A stretch of 64,000 nt of DNA from Actinomycetota bacterium. Its GTDB lineage: Bacteria; Actinomycetota; AC-67. The notes below the pieces were generated by a model. That model was not told where the DNA came from and made no database searches. It saw only the letters and a program-made list of their open reading frames with translations. The stretch is from positions 1,138-65,137 of the forward strand of contig DASWHR010000141.1 of assembly GCA_036398095.1 (NCBI GenBank), read 5' to 3'. Position 1 is the first letter of the stretch; the number at the start of each line of letters is the position of its first letter. Of this stretch, positions 59,238 to 64,000 are shown piece after piece. The position numbers and the translations under genes were made by a program.

Positions 59238-60134
59238 TCAGCCGAGATGCTCGCCGAACCATTGCAAGACGAGTTGATACGCCTGAGCGGCCGCAGCGGC
59301 GTTGTATCGTTCACCGGTGTCGTTAAAGAACGCGTGATTGGCCCCGGGAAACGTTTCGATTCGATGCGTGAGACCCGCTTGCTTGAGCGCGGACTCTGCG
59401 GCGGACCGTGTCGCGTTCACGCGATCGTCCAACGCCGCATAGACACCCAGGACCGCTGCGGTGGATCCTGAGAAGTCCGGCTCGTCCGGCGTTGGACCGT
59501 AGAAAGGAGCGGCCGCGGCCAGGCGCGGCTCGCCCGCGTCGAGCAGCGTCCAAACCATCCCGCCTCCGAAGCAGAAGCCCATCGCGCCGATCTTGCGTCC
59601 GGGAACGCGCCGTTCGATCTCGCTCACACCGGCCTTCAAATCGGCGATGAACCGCTCGTCGGAGACGCGCCCGAGCGCTGCCGTGGCGTTGGCGGAATCT
59701 CCTTCCGCCGCGGTCCCGCCCTCATCCGAGAGCAGATCGATCGCGAGGGCCGAATAGCCGCTGCCGGCGAGCCGTCCGGCGACCGAGCGGATGTGATCGG
59801 TGAGTCCGCGGTTCTCGTGGACGACCAGCACGCCACCACGCGGATCGCTCGCGTCGGCCCACGCGCCCATCAGGGTGCGCCCGCCGGGTCCTGCAAACGT
59901 GATGGCGGTCGTGGCGACCGGTGTCGTTCCGGCCGGAGACGGCGACGGCGAGGGAACGGGCGACGTCGCGGTCGGGACGGGCGTGTCGGCGGCGCAGGCC
60001 GCGAGCAGAGACGATGCGGCCGCGACCGAAAAGCCCATCAACGCAAGCCGGCGAAGCGCTTCGCGCCGAGAGATCAGTCCGTCGGCGTGATCGACTGCGA
60101 CTTCTTCCGCGAGGTACCGCTGCAACGGGGTCAT
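59238..60134 (-). CDS. Tat-exported dienelactone hydrolase-family lipoprotein.
   Basis: Twin-arginine signal SRREALRRLALMGFSVAAASSLLAAC. DLH nucleophile GFCFGGGMVW and C-terminal His (GANHAF). Confidence 0.75.
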   Translation of the reverse strand: MTPLQRYLAEEVAVDHADGLISRREALRRLALMGFSVAAASSLLAACAADTPVPTATSPVPSPSPSPAGTTPVATTAITFAGPGGRTLMGAWADASDPRGGVLVVHENRGLTDHIRSVAGRLAGSGYSALAIDLLSDEGGTAAEGDSANATAALGRVSDERFIADLKAGVSEIERRVPGRKIGAMGFCFGGGMVWTLLDAGEPRLAAAAPFYGPTPDEPDFSGSTAAVLGVYAALDDRVNATRSAAESALKQAGLTHRIETFPGANHAFFNDTGERYNAAAAAQAYQLVLQWFGEHLG

Positions 60135-60221
60135 CAGACCACCTCCCGCAGTGAGTTACCCGCTTCGGACGCCTCAGGATTCACCCGAGCAGAAATAACA
60201 GATGTGTAATTGCGAATCCGC

Positions 60222-60581
60222 TCAGCGCAAATCCTGCACGAACAGCGTTCCGTCGCGGTCGGTGACGGTTCCGCGTCCGAGCGGGAGAGCGACGGTGGCG
60301 GCCTTGAGCGCGGGCTCGAGACCTGGGATCTTCGCGTAGATACCCTGCGGGCCAAGCACCATCCGGCCGGTTTCGACGTCGTATTTCGCTCCGTGGCGGG
60401 GACACACCACGTATCCATCGGTATCGATGGAACCGCCGGCCAGGTCGGCGACCATGTGGCGGCACCGGCGCGTCACCGCAAACGTCTTCCCGCCGTCGTT
60501 GCCGACGGCCCACCGACCGGCCCCGACCACGCATCCCGGCGGAAGATCCGCTGTGCGGCATACCTCGATCTCTTTCGACAT
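60222..60581 (-). CDS. Rieske [2Fe-2S] domain protein.
   Basis: CRHM...CPRHG, the CxH-x(n)-CxxH Rieske ligand pattern. Confidence 0.7.
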   Translation of the reverse strand: MSKEIEVCRTADLPPGCVVGAGRWAVGNDGGKTFAVTRRCRHMVADLAGGSIDTDGYVVCPRHGAKYDVETGRMVLGPQGIYAKIPGLEPALKAATVALPLGRGTVTDRDGTLFVQDLR

Positions 60582-60584
60582 GTT

Positions 60585-61367
60585 CTACTCCGCGTCGCTC
60601 TTGTGCGGACCCACGACGGGCTCCGCCTTGGGATCGGACGTCGCCGTGCGCCGCTTCATCACGTCGCGCAGGTGCGGCACGACCTCGTTCGGATCGTCGC
60701 ACACACGAAAGATATCGAGATCCTCCGGCGCGATCATGCCAAGGTCCAGCGTTCGCGCCTTCAACCAATCGATCAGCCCGCTCCAGTAGTCGCTGCCGAC
60801 CAGAACCACAGGGAAGTCGAGCACCTTTCCGGTTTGGATCAGCGTCAGCGCCTCGAACAACTCGTCGAACGTGCCGAAGCCGCCGGGAAAGACGACGAAC
60901 CCTTCCGCATACTTGACGAACATGGTCTTGCGAACGAAGAAGTAGCGAAAGTCGATGCCGAGATCCACGTACGCATTCGTGCCCTGCTCGAAGGGAAGCT
61001 CGATGTTGCATCCGATCGAGAGGCCGCCGGCCTCTTTGCAGCCGCGATTCGCGGCCTCCATCACGCCGGGGCCGCCGCCGGTGATGACCGCCAATCCGGC
61101 GTCCGCGATCGCCGCGCCGACCACGCGCGCGCCGTCGTAGACCGGATCGCCTTCGCGCACGCGGGCCGAGCCGAACACGCTGATCGCCGGCGGGATCGCA
61201 GACAGCGCATCGAAGCCGTCGACGAACTCGCTCAGGATTCGCAGCGCGCGCCACGATTCTTCGCCGCGCTGCGGGCCGTGGCGTTCCAGCAGGTCGAGAT
61301 CTTCGGTGTGCCCGGAGCCGTCGGGAAAGACGACGCGGCCGCGACGACGGGACCGTTGTTCGCTCAT
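60585..61367 (-). CDS. LOG-family protein (TIGR00730-type cytokinin riboside 5'-monophosphate phosphoribohydrolase-like).
   Basis: TGGGPGVMEAANRG and PGGFGTFDELFEALT motifs. Confidence 0.8.
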   Translation of the reverse strand: MSEQRSRRRGRVVFPDGSGHTEDLDLLERHGPQRGEESWRALRILSEFVDGFDALSAIPPAISVFGSARVREGDPVYDGARVVGAAIADAGLAVITGGGPGVMEAANRGCKEAGGLSIGCNIELPFEQGTNAYVDLGIDFRYFFVRKTMFVKYAEGFVVFPGGFGTFDELFEALTLIQTGKVLDFPVVLVGSDYWSGLIDWLKARTLDLGMIAPEDLDIFRVCDDPNEVVPHLRDVMKRRTATSDPKAEPVVGPHKSDAE

Positions 61368-61397
61368 AGCGATGACCCTACCGCAGCCGCGACCGGG

Positions 61398-62183
61398 CTA
61401 ACCGCGGGCCGGCGGTCGCGGTGACTCGTCGCGGGCGCCGGCGGCGAACCGCTGCAAGCCGGCGAGCATCTCTTCGCTCAGCAGCGTCGGACGCACAACG
61501 CGCGCCTCCAGCACGAGCGCGTCGTCGAGATCCATCGCGAACCCTCGGAGCGCCGCTTCGCGGTCGGCGCGGATTCCCGGCTGATTCGGATACGAGGCGA
61601 TCTGCTCGGCGAGCGCGAGGGCGCGGCCGAGTGCTCCGCCGGCCGGAACGACTTCTTGCACGAAGCCCATCTCGAAAGCGCGCCGCGCATCGATCCGCGC
61701 GCCGGTCGCGAGCATGTATAGCGCATTGCCCATCCCCATGATCCGCGAGAAGCGCTGCGTCCCCCCGTCGGTGTAGGGCACGCCCCACCGGCGCGACAGG
61801 CATCCGAACTCGGCGTTGTCCGCGGCGATGCGGATGTCGCACCAGGCGGCCAGCTCGAAGCCGCCGGCAAAGCAGAAGCCGTTGATCGCCGCGATCGTCG
61901 GCTTGCCGGGATCCAGCCGCGCGAAGCCCATCGGCCCGGCGCTGTCGACGTATTCGTGATCCAACAAGGTCTGCGCGTTCTTCAAGTCGGCGCCCGCGCA
62001 GAACGACACGTCGCCCTCACCGGTGACGACCAGCACGCGCGCGGCGGCGTCGTCGGCAAATGCTTCGATCACGCGGCCGAGCCCGACGGCCGTGTCTCCG
62101 TCGACGCAGTTGCGGACCTCCGGCCGGTTGATCCGCACGATCCGCACCTCGCCGCGATCCTCGACGGCCACCTTCTGCGTCAT
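61398..62183 (-). CDS. Enoyl-CoA hydratase/isomerase family protein; start taken at MTQKVAVEDRG.
   Basis: Crotonase motifs (VRIVRINRPEVRN, FCAGADL, INGFCFAGGFELA). Confidence 0.8.
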   Translation of the reverse strand: MTQKVAVEDRGEVRIVRINRPEVRNCVDGDTAVGLGRVIEAFADDAAARVLVVTGEGDVSFCAGADLKNAQTLLDHEYVDSAGPMGFARLDPGKPTIAAINGFCFAGGFELAAWCDIRIAADNAEFGCLSRRWGVPYTDGGTQRFSRIMGMGNALYMLATGARIDARRAFEMGFVQEVVPAGGALGRALALAEQIASYPNQPGIRADREAALRGFAMDLDDALVLEARVVRPTLLSEEMLAGLQRFAAGARDESPRPPARG

Positions 62184-62237
62184 CGCTGCCCCCCTCGCTT
62201 CGCCGATTTCGCCAATGCTACGCGTACCCTTGACGGT

Positions 62238-62804
62238 ATGCCGTTCCTGAGCGAGCTGGTCATCACCGAGGCCGGCGACAACAACTGGAAGCTGACCGCG
62301 CCGCTTCGCTACACCGCCGCCTACCAGTCGTTCGAGATTCCCACGAAGGCCGAGACCGACTTCGCCTCTGTGCCGGTGCTGTTCCAGTGGCTCATCCCGC
62401 GGTCGGGCCGGTACACGAAGGCGGCGGTGCTGCACGACTTCTTGTGGCGCACGCCGGTGGACGGCGTGAGTCGCGGAGACGCCGACGGCATCTTCCGCCG
62501 ATCCATGCGCGAGTTGGGCGTCCCGTTTCTGCGTCGCTGGCTGATGTGGGCCGGCGTCCGCGTGGCATCGCTGTGGAAGTCGAAGTTTCGCGATCGGCTG
62601 CGAGATCTTCCTCGTGTGGTGCTGGTGTTCCTGTTTCCCGGCCTCTTCGTCCTTGCCGGCGGGGTGGTCGTCGTCGCACTGCTGCTCGGGTTCTACCTGC
62701 TCGAGTTGATCGCCGCAGCGATCCTGATGGTGGTCCGTTCGATCCCGAGTGTGCAACGACGAACCAACCCCGTTCGCGCACCGACGATGCGCTGGCCGGC
62801 GTAA
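62238..62804 (+). CDS. Hypothetical protein with a C-terminal TM helix (possibly DUF1353-like).
   Basis: Soluble N-domain plus a hydrophobic C-terminal segment. No catalytic motif recognised. Confidence 0.5.
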   Translation: MPFLSELVITEAGDNNWKLTAPLRYTAAYQSFEIPTKAETDFASVPVLFQWLIPRSGRYTKAAVLHDFLWRTPVDGVSRGDADGIFRRSMRELGVPFLRRWLMWAGVRVASLWKSKFRDRLRDLPRVVLVFLFPGLFVLAGGVVVVALLLGFYLLELIAAAILMVVRSIPSVQRRTNPVRAPTMRWPA

Positions 62805-62814
62805 AAAGCAGCCG

Positions 62815-63003
62815 CTACGCCGCCTTCGGCGGACGCTTCGCCGGGCGGTGCCGAGCCGCGAACTTCTTGCGACCGTCCTTGGCCAGCTTCGTCATGCGCT
62901 TGCCGGCGGTCTCCATCACACCGAATGCGGCGTTGACGGCTTTGGTCCCGAAGCGCTCCGCGATCTTCTTCGCATCGCGACCGGTGGTCGTCGTCGTCAT
63001 CAC
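62815..63003 (-). CDS. Small (62 aa) highly basic hypothetical protein.
   Basis: Lys/Arg-rich. Third-position GC bias consistent with coding. Confidence 0.35.
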   Translation of the reverse strand: MMTTTTTGRDAKKIAERFGTKAVNAAFGVMETAGKRMTKLAKDGRKKFAARHRPAKRPPKAA

Positions 63004-63162
63004 TCCTCCTTTCCCGCGCGGTCATCGTCGCCGAGCACAGCCGCGCGCGGCAGGGCCCGCCGGCCCGGAACGTTCGGGACCCGCGACAGGACCCGATCGC
63101 CCCGGGACGGTCGGCCCTGGTGCGCGCCGGCCGCCGGCGCCTACCCTTGGGTGGAGGTTCGG

Positions 63163-63570
63163 ATGCGCTGCGTTCTCGCAGGAGCAGCAGCCGCGGTGTC
63201 CGGCGTCGTCGCGCTGATTGTCGGTTGGTACACCGCAATGGCCGCCGGTGTCGGCGATGCCTACGGGGCTGAGAACCGCGCAGTCGTTGCGGCCGTGGGG
63301 CTGAGTTGGATGATCGCGGGCGCAACCGCAATCATCGCGGCGAGCGCCGGCGTTCGATACCGGGGACCTGCGGCTGCCGCCGAAGCCGGATCCGCCATCG
63401 TCATCGTCGCGGTCGCGGTCGCGGCCGGCGCCCCGCTCGGCTTGATCCCGGCGGGGATCCTGCTGGCGGCATCCGCAGCGACCTTCGCCGGGCCGGCAGG
63501 GCCTGCGGCCGAGGCGCCCGCGTCCTCCCGCCCGCCCCGCCGCACCACGACGGGCCGTCGCGCCGCGTAG
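63163..63570 (+). CDS. Hypothetical membrane protein.
   Basis: Hydrophobic helices. Internal ATG within a longer track ORF. Confidence 0.3.
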   Translation: MRCVLAGAAAAVSGVVALIVGWYTAMAAGVGDAYGAENRAVVAAVGLSWMIAGATAIIAASAGVRYRGPAAAAEAGSAIVIVAVAVAAGAPLGLIPAGILLAASAATFAGPAGPAAEAPASSRPPRRTTTGRRAA

Positions 63571-63759
63571 TCACGCGCGCCTGCCCCGACGCCACTCCAG
63601 TGCGCAAGAGGACACGCAACGAGTGCCCAGAAATCAGCGGAGCGCCCGACCGGAAAGCCCCGATGCTGTCGGCACGCCCGCAAAAGGCAGGAAAACGTCC
63701 CGAGCGTGGCGAACCAGTCGAAAGGACCCGCGGGGTTCCTTGGGGGTTTAGGGGGGATC

Positions 63760-64000
63760 ATGATGAGACGTTTTATGCTGCTATGCGCGCTGGCCGGGAT
63801 CGGCCTTGCTCCGATCGGATCGGGCGCCGCGCCGACACCGGTCGTGGCGGCCGAAGCGGCGGATGCGGCCGGTGTCGGCCGTGACGCACGCGCCGTCGCC
63901 GAACAATTTCGCGACGACTCGAGCGCCGCCGCGAACCTGAGCCGCGCCGCCGGCATCGCCGGCCACGAAGCCCGGATCGAGGATGCAACCACCTTCGACT
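63760..64000 (+). CDS. Secreted protein, N-terminal part; it continues beyond the window end.
   Basis: ATG preceded by a G-rich RBS. Signal-peptide-like MMRRFMLLCALAGIGLAPIGSGAA. Open to the window end, so it is absent from the ORF track. Confidence 0.4.
   Translation, partial: MMRRFMLLCALAGIGLAPIGSGAAPTPVVAAEAADAAGVGRDARAVAEQFRDDSSAAANLSRAAGIAGHEARIEDATTFD

Overview
High-GC (about 70%) chromosomal segment of a Gram-positive, actinobacteria-like organism (F420-type LLM oxidoreductase, menaquinone pathway, Flp/Tad pili without secretin). Genes are densely packed and many are translationally coupled by ATGA/GTGA overlaps. Content, from start to end: enolase (partial); a pgsA-cdsA-plsC phospholipid operon whose PlsC is fused to a DedA-like membrane domain; an AbrB/HigB-like toxin-antitoxin pair; an operon of histidine kinase, NarL-type response regulator, lipoprotein and a giant FN3/Calx-beta secreted protein; mazG preceded by an unusually structured, repeat-rich leader; the menaquinone cluster menE-menB-menA-menD ... 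menF-menG-merR, interrupted by an Xre/RES toxin-antitoxin module and a 118-bp MITE-like element; an F420 LLM oxidoreductase and methyltransferase; a two-domain blue-copper lipoprotein followed by a 1429-aa triplicated multicopper oxidase; M20 peptidase and SGNH hydrolase; a second NarL-type two-component system directly upstream of a complete Flp/Tad pilus locus (two flp pilins, tadE, tadG-like, cpaB, cpaE/tadZ, cpaF/tadA, tadB, tadC) that ends with a REC-like/GAF protein; a second, near-identical copy of the MITE-like element; then a block of envelope and peptidoglycan remodelling genes (DacB-like PBP, GAF histidine kinase, SpoIID/LytB, M19-like dipeptidase, FAD oxidase, M50 site-2 protease, two dienelactone hydrolases, M15 lipoprotein peptidase), a Rieske protein, a LOG protein and an enoyl-CoA hydratase. 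No rRNA, tRNA or CRISPR array was recognised. Most of the long ORFs in the supplied track that run antisense to these genes are high-GC artefacts. All functional calls come from motif recognition by eye; no database search was run.
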